DNA of 40,908 nucleotides from a virus (IMGVR_UViG_3300031949_000090:1-40908), one strand, 5' to 3'; positions 9,263-17,203 are shown, counted from the first letter of the stretch. Numbers and translations: made by a program. Notes: generated by a model not told the origin, from the letters alone.

Positions 9263-9426
9263 GTCGTGCTCGCTCCATCGCGGCGGCCGGCGTGACGATG
9301 CCTCCGATGTCCAGGAACATCTCCAGTTCCGGCCCGCTCAACCGGCTGATCAAATGGTCGCGTTCTGTCATTACTCGTTCCCATCGGATCCATCCTTCGT
9401 AAGGGCCGTCCGTGATCCCGCTCGGT

Positions 9427-9660
9427 TCACCGCGGAGACGCAGAGGTCGCGGAGATCGGCGCGGCCGTGTTCGAGCCGATGCAAATTTCACCCGGCTTCT
9501 GCGGGAAAGCTCGAAAGTGTTGAAAGCCCCGGACATTCGGCACGCGGTGCGATCGCAGCCACGGGGCGCAGCCATTGCGAGGATCGATCACGGGCACGGG
9601 CTTCTCGCACATGGGGCACAACGCCTTCACGCAAAATCCGATCTTCCGATGCGTCCTCAT
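9427..9660 (-). CDS. Small Cys-containing hypothetical protein
   Basis: GGAG RBS from a repeat arm; CPMC...H..C; stop lies inside the second repeat arm. Confidence 0.55.
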   Translation of the reverse strand: MRTHRKIGFCVKALCPMCEKPVPVIDPRNGCAPWLRSHRVPNVRGFQHFRAFPQKPGEICIGSNTAAPISATSASPR

Positions 9661-9752
9661 CACAAAACTCCGCGTTCTCCGCGTCCTCTGCGGTTCAATT
9701 CCCCGGCCTGTCGGCCGGTGCACTCCCTTACGGTCGTGCCTCGTTGCGATCC

Positions 9753-10394
9753 TCAAAACCCCGTCGCCTTGCCCACCGGCAGCCGGCTCGGGTTGATCGG
9801 GCCGTTGTAGTCGTCGCCCGCGCCCGAATCCCGGAAGGCCGGTCGGGCCTCGCCCAGGTCGGCCATGGCCTTGACGGCATCGGGGTGATCGGCCGGCCGG
9901 TAGCGGCTGCCCTTGCGGATGCTGCCGGGGCAGACGGCCTGGCGGATGTACTTCTCACTGAGGCCGTTGCGTATGGCCCACTCACCGGCCGGTCTGGCGC
10001 CGGCCGGCAGATCGTCCAGGCAGACGATCAGGCGCTTGGGCTTCACCGGCCAGCCGCCCTTGTTGCGGGCCGGCTTGTCCGCCTTGGCCTCTTGGCGCTC
10101 TTGCTTCTCTTGGCGTGGGCGCCCGCGCACTTGGCGCGGGCGCGGCCGGCTCGGGGAGCGGGTAAGGATTTCTGGAACCGCTTCCCCGGCCGGTGCGTCC
10201 GCGGGGAACATCCCCGCGGAGGAAGTTGGTAGTGGGTGGTCGGTAGTCGGTAGAGCCGGCGCGGGCGGCGGCGCGGGCGCGGGCAGTGGCTCGCTGGCGC
10301 GGGAGAACTCGGCCCGGATCAGGTCCAGGCCGGCGCGAACGGCCGATTCGTCGGCCACGTCGATCTCCAGAATCACCAGTTTCATCTTCGCCAT
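9753..10394 (-). CDS. Hypothetical protein with Pro-rich linker
   Basis: GGAGG RBS; operon orientation. Confidence 0.6.
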   Translation of the reverse strand: MAKMKLVILEIDVADESAVRAGLDLIRAEFSRASEPLPAPAPPPAPALPTTDHPLPTSSAGMFPADAPAGEAVPEILTRSPSRPRPRQVRGRPRQEKQERQEAKADKPARNKGGWPVKPKRLIVCLDDLPAGARPAGEWAIRNGLSEKYIRQAVCPGSIRKGSRYRPADHPDAVKAMADLGEARPAFRDSGAGDDYNGPINPSRLPVGKATGF

Positions 10395-10459
10395 GTCTGC
10401 CTCCGTGCTTTCGCCCCTTCGTGCCTATTGCCTTCGTGCCTTCGTGCCTCCCGCGCGGG

Positions 10460-10942
10460 TCACGCCTGTCCGTTCTCGCAATCCAGAAACTCCCGCCGAT
10501 CACGATCGCTGTAGTCGTCGTCGCCGGCCAGCCGGGCGAAGCGCTGCTCGTCCCGCAGCATCTCCTCCTCGCGATCGGTGCGCTCATCCGGGATCACCAA
10601 CGTCCCCGCCCCCACGGCGTCCAGGTCGGCGAGAAAGCGGTCCATGGACTCCTCATCCATCTGCTCAACTAAAATGTTCTCCAGGCGGCTATCGCTCAGG
10701 TCCAGCTCCTGCATCCGCGCCAACAGATCGCCCTGGCGGTCCTCCATGGCGGCGATGCGCTGGCGCAGGGCCGCGCCGTCCTGCGGCCGGACGATCAGGT
10801 TCGATAACAGCATCCGGGCATCGGCGATTTTCACGCTCAGCCGGTGATGCTGGCCGACGAGATGCCGGGCGCGGCGGTCGGGGAGGGTTTCGGGGTTGGG
10901 GTTTGGGGTTTGGGGTTGTGGGTTGTGAGTTGCGAGATTCAT
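10460..10942 (-). CDS. Hypothetical coiled-coil protein
   Basis: AAGGAG RBS; ATGA overlap; N-terminus encoded by repeat array. Confidence 0.65.
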   Translation of the reverse strand: MNLATHNPQPQTPNPNPETLPDRRARHLVGQHHRLSVKIADARMLLSNLIVRPQDGAALRQRIAAMEDRQGDLLARMQELDLSDSRLENILVEQMDEESMDRFLADLDAVGAGTLVIPDERTDREEEMLRDEQRFARLAGDDDYSDRDRREFLDCENGQA

Positions 10943-11244
10943 AGTCCTTCTCCTTGATTTTTTTCCGCCTCGTTACACGCCGTCTCCCAGATGTGCCGCC
11001 GCTTCCAGGAAGGATGCCGGACGTTGGATTTGTCTATCGTGTAATCTTTCCCTGGCTGCTGGCGGAGCGCAGCGAATCGAACATCTAGCGCAAACCAGTG
11101 CTCGAAGCACGGAAAGATGACAGTCGCCCAGTGGCGGCGCACATCAATGACGTGGGCGTCCATCACCTCATTGCGCTCCGGATGACCTCGGAGCCATCGG
11201 CCCGTCAATACAATGCGAATGCAGTCGCCTAATCTGATGCTCAT
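10939..11244 (-). CDS. Hypothetical protein, lower GC
   Basis: GAGG RBS before ATG 11244; stop overlaps the next start. Confidence 0.6.
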   Translation of the reverse strand: MSIRLGDCIRIVLTGRWLRGHPERNEVMDAHVIDVRRHWATVIFPCFEHWFALDVRFAALRQQPGKDYTIDKSNVRHPSWKRRHIWETACNEAEKNQGEGL

Positions 11245-11292
11245 GCCTGCCTCATGAAATCCAAAATCCAAAATCAAAAATCAAAAATGACT

Positions 11293-11571
11293 TCACGCCG
11301 CCTGCACGTCGCCGCGGAGTTTGCCGATCTCCTTCATCAGGGCCCGGCGGGCGATGGTCCGCAGCAGCCGCGGCCGGTCGATCATTTCCAATATCCCGTT
11401 GCGGAGGCGGAAGTCGCCGGCCCATGCGCGGTTGCAGCACTCGCACCACAGGCGCACGCACTGGAGCTGCTCGCCGCTGGCGATGTCCGTGGACAGTTCC
11501 TTGGTCACCGCCTCCCGCGCCACCGCCGCATCGCAGCCGGGACACCGATAAGATTCGATCAGGTCAATCAT
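11293..11571 (-). CDS. Zinc-ribbon hypothetical protein
   Basis: CPGC...CECC; GGAG RBS. Confidence 0.65.
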   Translation of the reverse strand: MIDLIESYRCPGCDAAVAREAVTKELSTDIASGEQLQCVRLWCECCNRAWAGDFRLRNGILEMIDRPRLLRTIARRALMKEIGKLRGDVQAA

Positions 11572-11618
11572 GGTTGGCTCCAAAGTTGCCAGTGGTCAGT
11601 TGTCAGTTGCCAGCTATA

Positions 11619-11864
11619 TCAGTATCGATCCCGCTTCAGATCACCGGCCTTGCGGCTGGCCAGCGCCGCCCGGCACACCTCGTGTACCGCCTCGGCCGTC
11701 GCCCGCCGGCCCATCGACCGGCACACGTCCCGGCCCATTCGCCCGGCCATCTCCGGCCAGGTCAGCAGCGTGTCGATCGACATGTCCCGGCAGTGCGTGT
11801 GCATCCACTCGCACACCAGGTCCGTCATCGTGCCCCGATCCTTGATCGCATCCTCGCGCGGCAT
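11619..11864 (-). CDS. Hypothetical protein
   Basis: AAGGAG RBS; follows the methyltransferase by 3 bp. Confidence 0.65.
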   Translation of the reverse strand: MPREDAIKDRGTMTDLVCEWMHTHCRDMSIDTLLTWPEMAGRMGRDVCRSMGRRATAEAVHEVCRAALASRKAGDLKRDRY

Positions 11865-11867
11865 GGG

Positions 11868-13250
11868 TCAGCTCTCCTTCCTTGGCCTGGCCAGGTGCGC
11901 CTTGATCCATCGCTTGCTCGCCTCGGCGACGGCGGGATCGATCTCGATGCCGACATATCTCCGGCCCAGCGCCAGCGCCGCCCGGGCTGTGGTGCCCGTG
12001 CCGTGGAAGGGATCGAGCACCATTTCGCCGGGATTGCTGGCGGCCAGGATGATGCGCTTGACGAGAGCGGCCGGCAGCTGATTGACCGCGCGCTTGTCGG
12101 GGATGCGCTCGGCGGCGTTGTCCACCAGGCGGGCGAGCTTGCGGTCCGTCCACGCGCCCCACACGTTGCCCGGCAGCTTGCCGTCGCCATCGGCGCGGGG
12201 GTCTCCGTTCTCGCTGCGCCAGCTCGGAACGTAGATCCGCGTGTCATCGTGATGGAACGTGAAGTCGGTCGGGTGGACCGTGTAGTGGTGGATGACGCGG
12301 TAGCAGTCGGTCCAGGAGTGGGGGTTGTGCGAGCCGAAGCTCTCGGCCCAGATGATCATCTCCTGGCGGTGCAGGCCGTTGGCTCGCAGCAGCGCGCCGA
12401 CGTCCTCGGCGTAGCGGCTGGACATCATCACGAACACGCTCGCGTTCGGCTTGAGCACGCGCGGCAGCCGAGTGATGCAGCCGGCGACGATCTCCATCAA
12501 CTGATCGCGCGAGAGGTTGTCGTCGAAGCCGTTGTACTTCTCGCCGATGCCGTAAGGGGGATCGGTGAAGACCAGGTCGATGGAGTTGTCGCGGATCTGC
12601 TCCATCACCTTGCGGCAGTCGCCGACCAGGATGCCGCAGGATTTCTCATCGAACTGCACCGGCCCCGCCTCCTCGGCCGCCTTCTTCCATTGCTTGGCCT
12701 TGGCGGCGCGCTGTGTCTGTCGCTTGGCCTGGGGCAGCGTCATCCGGCCTTCAAACACCTGTCGGAAGATCTTCTTGTCCCGCTCGAAAACGGCGCGGGC
12801 GTCGGCAACGTAGCGGCCGCTGACCCCGAACAGTTCCCCAACCTGATCGCGGGCCCTGCCGTTGTCTGACCCTGTGGAAATATTTCCACACCCCCCGCTT
12901 TCCATGCGGAAAAGGGCCAATTTCTCAAAATGAGGCAGCATGCTCACCGCCGCCGCGGCCTTCTGGCTTTCGGTCATGTTGCGGTGCACGGCTTTGGAGT
13001 AGACGAAGGCCAGGGCTTCCGCATCCGTCTTGGCTTTGGCGGTGATCGTCGGCAGGGCGATGCCCGTCTCGATCGACACGCGGAGGCGGTTGCGGCCATC
13101 CAGCAGCTTGCCCTGGTAGAGAACGGCCGGGTCGGTGAACGCCTGGGCCCGGAGCACGTCCGCCTTGAGCGCGGCGTAGTCGGCCTCGCCCATCATCGGC
13201 AGCAGCTCGGCGAAGGGATGGGGCTGAAGATCACCGTTTGACTTGCTCAT
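11868..13250 (-). CDS. ParB-like N-terminal domain fused to beta-class N6/N4 DNA methyltransferase
   Basis: HPFAELLPMM..LLDGRNR (ParB-like); DPPY motif IV followed by VLDPFHGTGTT motif I. Confidence 0.9.
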   Translation of the reverse strand: MSKSNGDLQPHPFAELLPMMGEADYAALKADVLRAQAFTDPAVLYQGKLLDGRNRLRVSIETGIALPTITAKAKTDAEALAFVYSKAVHRNMTESQKAAAAVSMLPHFEKLALFRMESGGCGNISTGSDNGRARDQVGELFGVSGRYVADARAVFERDKKIFRQVFEGRMTLPQAKRQTQRAAKAKQWKKAAEEAGPVQFDEKSCGILVGDCRKVMEQIRDNSIDLVFTDPPYGIGEKYNGFDDNLSRDQLMEIVAGCITRLPRVLKPNASVFVMMSSRYAEDVGALLRANGLHRQEMIIWAESFGSHNPHSWTDCYRVIHHYTVHPTDFTFHHDDTRIYVPSWRSENGDPRADGDGKLPGNVWGAWTDRKLARLVDNAAERIPDKRAVNQLPAALVKRIILAASNPGEMVLDPFHGTGTTARAALALGRRYVGIEIDPAVAEASKRWIKAHLARPRKES

Positions 13251-13286
13251 GACTCGTCCTTGTCGCTTACAATCCATCGCGCGGTA

Positions 13287-13958
13287 TCATTGGCCCGATG
13301 GGCACACCTCTAATTGATCAGATCGTCGAGGACGCTTCGGTCCGCCTGTTCGGTCCCGATCACGCGCGGCTTTTCGGTGGCGCTGAACCTCTCGAACTGC
13401 ACGACCTAAAACCTCGGGAACGTCGATCGTTCGCGCTGGGCCTGAAGAAGAATCTGCGCTGCTCGTCGGATGATGAATCCCTGGCGTTCTGGACGCACAT
13501 GCCATCCGCGTGGTATCCGCACAAGCTCTTCCAGCTTCGCCTGGCGTATCGGTGCCTGCGTCACGTTCTGGAGCTGGCGGAGAACCCGCGGGGCGATCGG
13601 GAGATTTTCTCGCTTCTGGCGGATGTACGGGCGGCGGGGAGAAGCATCCCGTTACACTCAGGCTTGACAGCGATCCGACTGGTTCTGGATCGAATAGAGA
13701 GAACGGGCGAGATTGAGCGGTGGCTGAAACGCACGCAGCGTAGACGGTCCTGAGCAGCATGACGCTGATGTGCGGCTGGGGCACGTTGCACGCCAGGGCG
13801 AGGATCGCCTGCAACTGGCCGGGCTTCATGCCGAAGTGCAGGGCGTGCATCAGCCACGCTTCAGCCTTGGCGTGAACCAGCTTGTCGCCGACGATGGCCG
13901 GCATCTTCAGCCAGGCCAGATCCCGCAGCGGTCGAACTTCATCGTTTCGCTTGCTCAC
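13287..13958 (-). CDS. Hypothetical protein; 3' two-thirds antisense to 13298-13753
   Basis: AGGAG RBS before GTG 13958; N-terminal 70 aa are protein-like, remainder low-complexity. Confidence 0.45.
   Translation of the reverse strand: MSKRNDEVRPLRDLAWLKMPAIVGDKLVHAKAEAWLMHALHFGMKPGQLQAILALACNVPQPHISVMLLRTVYAACVSATAQSRPFSLFDPEPVGSLSSLSVTGCFSPPPVHPPEARKSPDRPAGSPPAPERDAGTDTPGEAGRACADTTRMACASRTPGIHHPTSSADSSSGPARTIDVPEVLGRAVREVQRHRKAARDRDRTGGPKRPRRSDQLEVCPSGQ
13298..13753 (+). CDS. Counter-oriented hypothetical protein (probable leaderless moron)
   Basis: TATCAT (-10-like) 7 nt before ATG; globular helical composition. Confidence 0.6.
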   Translation: MGTPLIDQIVEDASVRLFGPDHARLFGGAEPLELHDLKPRERRSFALGLKKNLRCSSDDESLAFWTHMPSAWYPHKLFQLRLAYRCLRHVLELAENPRGDREIFSLLADVRAAGRSIPLHSGLTAIRLVLDRIERTGEIERWLKRTQRRRS

Positions 13959-14205
13959 CGTTCGCTCCTTTGAGTCTGCGTTGCCTCTCCGCTTCGCCGG
14001 CCGCGATGATGGCCATGAACTCCGCCGCCGTCTCTCCGGGCTGGGCGATGTACAGATCCAGCAGCTTGCCGTGGGTGCGATACCACCAATCGTGAAATCG
14101 GTTGGGGTGTACGTGCAGGGCATCCGCCGCCCGCTGCGTGTCGAACAGATAATCCGCGCGGCGATCCTCCGTGATCGAGCCGATTCTTCGCTCGATCGAT
14201 CCCAT
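13939..14205 (-). CDS. Hypothetical protein
   Basis: GAGGA RBS before ATG 14205. Confidence 0.5.
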   Translation of the reverse strand: MGSIERRIGSITEDRRADYLFDTQRAADALHVHPNRFHDWWYRTHGKLLDLYIAQPGETAAEFMAIIAAGEAERQRRLKGANGEQAKR

Positions 14206-14324
14206 GAAAGTCCTCAATTAACGATGCCGTTAGTTCACCCCCCAGATGGTCGGCGACGCCGCTGCATCCGCCGGATAGGCTGCTCAGGATGGATGCTCGA
14301 TTGCCCATAACCTTCGCGTTGGAT

Positions 14325-14627
14325 TCAGCCGGCCTTGCGGCGGCGGTGCTCGGAAAAGCCCGCGGGGCGGGCGGCGGGATTCTCTTCCCGCCGCCGCCCT
14401 CGCGTGGCCGTCAGAAGTTCACGCTCTACGTCTTCGCGCTCGATGCCCAAAGCCCGCGCCAGCCGAACGACGTTGTGGCCGCGGATGTTGGGCCTCGCCT
14501 GTCCAAGCCACACGCGGAGGGTCCAGTAGGAGATGCCCGCGTTGCGGCAGAATTCAGACTGATCCACGCCGAGATTCTCGATCTCTCGTTTGAGCCATTG
14601 ACCGAAATGGACAGTTTCGACCGCCAT
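14325..14627 (-). CDS. Cro/Ner-role XRE HTH regulator, first early gene
   Basis: HFGQWLKREIENLGVDQSEFCRNAGISYWTLRVW; divergent from the repressor. Confidence 0.85.
   Translation of the reverse strand: MAVETVHFGQWLKREIENLGVDQSEFCRNAGISYWTLRVWLGQARPNIRGHNVVRLARALGIEREDVERELLTATRGRRREENPAARPAGFSEHRRRKAG
14354..14409 (-). terminator. Intrinsic terminator/attenuator-like hairpin within the 3' end of the cro-like gene
   Basis: GCCACGCGAGGGCGGCGGCGGGA-AGAGAA-TCCCGCCGCCCGCCCCGCGGGC followed by TTTT. Confidence 0.6.
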
Positions 14628-14636
14628 GATGCACCG

Positions 14637-14665
14637 AGGGTAATATCGCCCATTAGCGTTGTCAA
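14637..14665 (-). promoter_or_regulatory. Early promoter (sigma70-type)
   Basis: TTGACA-N17-TACCCT, 9 nt before the cro ATG. Confidence 0.75.
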
Positions 14666-14733
14666 GCGTTAATTGGTGATTTTTATTTGCGGCGATTGTC
14701 AGGGAGAGGTAACGTGCGTCCGGTCCGCCCTTT

Positions 14734-15498
14734 ATGGAACAAAGGCACTTCGGAAAATTTCTGCGCCAGGCGGTGGAACGATCGGGTATGCGGAAGAAAG
14801 ATGCCGCCGCCAAGATCGGCGTAGAGGCTGTAACCCTGCGCGCCTGGTTCAACAGCGCAGCGCCGAATATAAAGCCGGAAAGCCGCGTGAATCTTGCGAA
14901 ATTCCTCGGCATTTCTCCGGCGGATTTGGAGGAGCGGCTTCGGCAAGCGATGCTGCACGATCCGGCGACGCAGAAGCGCTGGGCCGCACAGGAGCGGGCG
15001 GTGCGAGAGGGCGGCCACAGCATTCACGATCAGGTCGCCGCGGGGGCTCCGATCGGCGAGGACGAAGAGGAGGAGCCTGACCGCAGCGTGGAGCCGTACA
15101 GCGAGATGAAGGTCCCGGAGATCCCGCTGTTCGAGCTGTCCCTGGCCGCCGGGCCGTGGGTGGATGTGGAGGGCGTGGGCCACCGCGAGGACCTGCTGGT
15201 TTTGGAAGAGCCGCGCTTCCGCGTGCGACTGGCCGGCGATTCAATGCAGCCGCGCTATCGCAGTGGGGCCGTGGTCGAGTTCCGCACGATCATGCCGGAT
15301 GACATCGAGGTGGGAAAGGATTATTATGTGCAAAAGAGCGACGGGACGGCCACGTTCAAGCGGGTGGCCGGTATGGATCAGGAGGGCCTGACGCTGGCGG
15401 CGATCAACAAGCGCAAGTACCCCAAGCCGTTGCGGGTGGTCTGGCAGGAGTTCGCCCGCGCGGCCCGGGCGGTGGCGATTGTGGAACTGATCGACTGA
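14734..15498 (+). CDS. CI-like repressor (XRE HTH plus S24 peptidase)
   Basis: N-terminal HTH; LAAG cleavage site, GDSMQP and ATFKR catalytic Ser/Lys. Confidence 0.92.
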   Translation: MEQRHFGKFLRQAVERSGMRKKDAAAKIGVEAVTLRAWFNSAAPNIKPESRVNLAKFLGISPADLEERLRQAMLHDPATQKRWAAQERAVREGGHSIHDQVAAGAPIGEDEEEEPDRSVEPYSEMKVPEIPLFELSLAAGPWVDVEGVGHREDLLVLEEPRFRVRLAGDSMQPRYRSGAVVEFRTIMPDDIEVGKDYYVQKSDGTATFKRVAGMDQEGLTLAAINKRKYPKPLRVVWQEFARAARAVAIVELID

Positions 15499-15510
15499 GC
15501 ACAGGAGGCC

Positions 15511-16350
15511 GTGATGATTCGGTGTGCCGTGATCGTGCTGATGGGTTGCGCCGTTTGTATGGCGCAAGTCGGGACCGAGGAGGCGTACGAGCGGCTGCGG
15601 CGGCGACAAGCCGAGCGAGAGGCACGGGGGGAAATGCCGACGACACGGCCCGCTCCCCGACAGAAAGAGGCTCCGGGGCCGCCGCCGCCAGCGGCGCCAA
15701 CGCCGGCGCCGGCAGAGCCGACAGACACTGGGATCGGCATCTTCCCGGTTGCCGATGGACTTGTGCGCGTTCACTATTTGTCGAAGCTGGTTTATTTGGG
15801 AGCCCGCACTGAACCGTACTACGGATTCATCTCCGCGAGCTATCGCGATTCCGGCGGCGTCCAGGACTCGATCGCCGGCTTCTTCCGCGTCTCCGGCAAG
15901 CCGGAGAAACTCGATATTCGAACGACCGACGAGCGCATCTTGACCATCGTCGAATCGCCTTCGGTTGGCCAGGGCTTTTCCTTCCTGAATGAAGGCGAAG
16001 TGATCGTCGAAATTCGGTTGGCCAGTGTTGTAGCGAAGATTCCCATACGGGTTGTTCGCCTGCCGTTTAGCGAGGGCGACTCCACGGATCAGATCGTGGA
16101 GCTGATCGGGCTGCCGGATGGCGTAAAGCAGGTAACCGTGTCCTGGCCAAAGACGAAACAGGTTGATGAAATCACCTACATGCCCGATGCCGCACAGCGG
16201 GTTGCCCACGCCCAGCATTGGCGATGGAAAAGTCATCCGGGATTGGTCGTCGCGATTGTTGACGGGAAAATTCGGACGATCAGAACGAGCCCGGAGCGAG
16301 ATATTCACGCCTGGGTTGCCGACGAGATGCGATGGATACGAGGCCAATGA
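15511..16350 (+). CDS. Secreted/periplasmic hypothetical protein co-transcribed with the repressor
   Basis: AGGAGG RBS; signal-peptide-like N-terminus; Pro-rich PTTRPAP linker. Confidence 0.75.
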   Translation: MMIRCAVIVLMGCAVCMAQVGTEEAYERLRRRQAEREARGEMPTTRPAPRQKEAPGPPPPAAPTPAPAEPTDTGIGIFPVADGLVRVHYLSKLVYLGARTEPYYGFISASYRDSGGVQDSIAGFFRVSGKPEKLDIRTTDERILTIVESPSVGQGFSFLNEGEVIVEIRLASVVAKIPIRVVRLPFSEGDSTDQIVELIGLPDGVKQVTVSWPKTKQVDEITYMPDAAQRVAHAQHWRWKSHPGLVVAIVDGKIRTIRTSPERDIHAWVADEMRWIRGQ

Positions 16351-16369
16351 TTTTTTCTGATGTTGGCGC

Positions 16370-16397
16370 TTGACATCGCCGAAGAGGTCGCTAGCGT
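16370..16397 (+). promoter_or_regulatory. Sigma70-type promoter
   Basis: TTGACA-N16-TAGCGT. Confidence 0.6.
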
Positions 16398-16402
16398 AAG
16401 AA

Positions 16403-16525
16403 GGATCGTGGTGGCTTGGCCGTCAGAAGCGTAGCCGCCGCGAGAGGAAAAAATCGAAGTCAACAAGCCCGCGGGGACCCTCGTCATAAGAGACAGTCGG
16501 TCTGCGCGGGCGTTGTCATTTTTGA
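16403..16525 (+). ncRNA. Candidate ~120-nt two-hairpin small RNA
   Basis: Promoter upstream; 11-bp stem 16406-16416/16433-16443 with 16-nt loop; second stem 16463-16516 followed by a T-rich tract. Confidence 0.5.
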
Positions 16526-16813
16526 TTTTAGAGTTTTGATTTTTGATTGCAAAATCGAAAATCGGAAATCGGAAATCGAAAATCCAATTCCCGCCGCAGA
16601 CCGGCCCTACGGAAGGGTCCGGCGTGATGGAGCACGAAGAGGCGAGGCACGAAGGCACGAAGGCAGCAGGCACGAAGGGTGCGCTGGTGTCAGTGGCCAG
16701 TTGCCAGTTGCCAGTTGCCAGGGCGACGGCGGGGTCGCTGCGCCGGGCCCCTCGCATCATCGGCCGGGACGGCCGGGAGCTGCACTTCGACCCGCAGCGG
16801 TTCCTGGAGCTGG

Positions 16814-17203
16814 TCAAGGCTGATTCAGACGCGACTCGGCGATCAGAAGCCCATCGTGGACCAGACACACCAGCATTGGCCGAGCCATTAAACTCCGGGC
16901 CAGGACTGCGAGCTGCGATTCATCGGCACTGTCGATCGCATCCCCCATCATGTGCAGCGCCATCCGGCAGTAAGTCACCTGTTCCGGATCGGCGTTCTCA
17001 CAAATCCAGTGGCGGAAAGCGGCGTCGTTGCGGATCTCCTGAACTGCTGACCGAGTTTGTCGAGCGCCAGTCTTCGTCGGAACAAACGACGGCGAAAGCG
17101 CATCGGCGAACCGCCAAAGCACCTGGGGGAAAGCGGCCATCCGCAGGCCCTGGATCACGCGCTGCATCTGGCTCCGCACGTCGGGAGAGGGGGAATCGCT
17201 CAT
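16814..17203 (-). CDS. Counter-oriented hypothetical protein
   Basis: Helical composition; upstream 42-bp block duplicated in front of 17272-17658. Confidence 0.6.
   Translation of the reverse strand: MSDSPSPDVRSQMQRVIQGLRMAAFPQVLWRFADALSPSFVPTKTGARQTRSAVQEIRNDAAFRHWICENADPEQVTYCRMALHMMGDAIDSADESQLAVLARSLMARPMLVCLVHDGLLIAESRLNQP

Noticed and set aside
9129-9400. Possible small ORF MTERDHLISRL...
   Set aside because: Start is uncertain and the frame runs deep into the wHTH gene, so it cannot be supported as a gene
53-12869. Long plus-strand and alternative-frame ORFs over the early arm (e.g. 53-1228, 229-1134, 4970-6361, 11424-12869)
   Set aside because: Arg/Pro-rich or in-register antisense shadows of motif-bearing genes, as expected at high GC
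14356-16476. Invertible switch around the repressor
   Set aside because: The shared 12- and 13-mers are in direct orientation and swapped order, not inverted repeats, and there is no invertase
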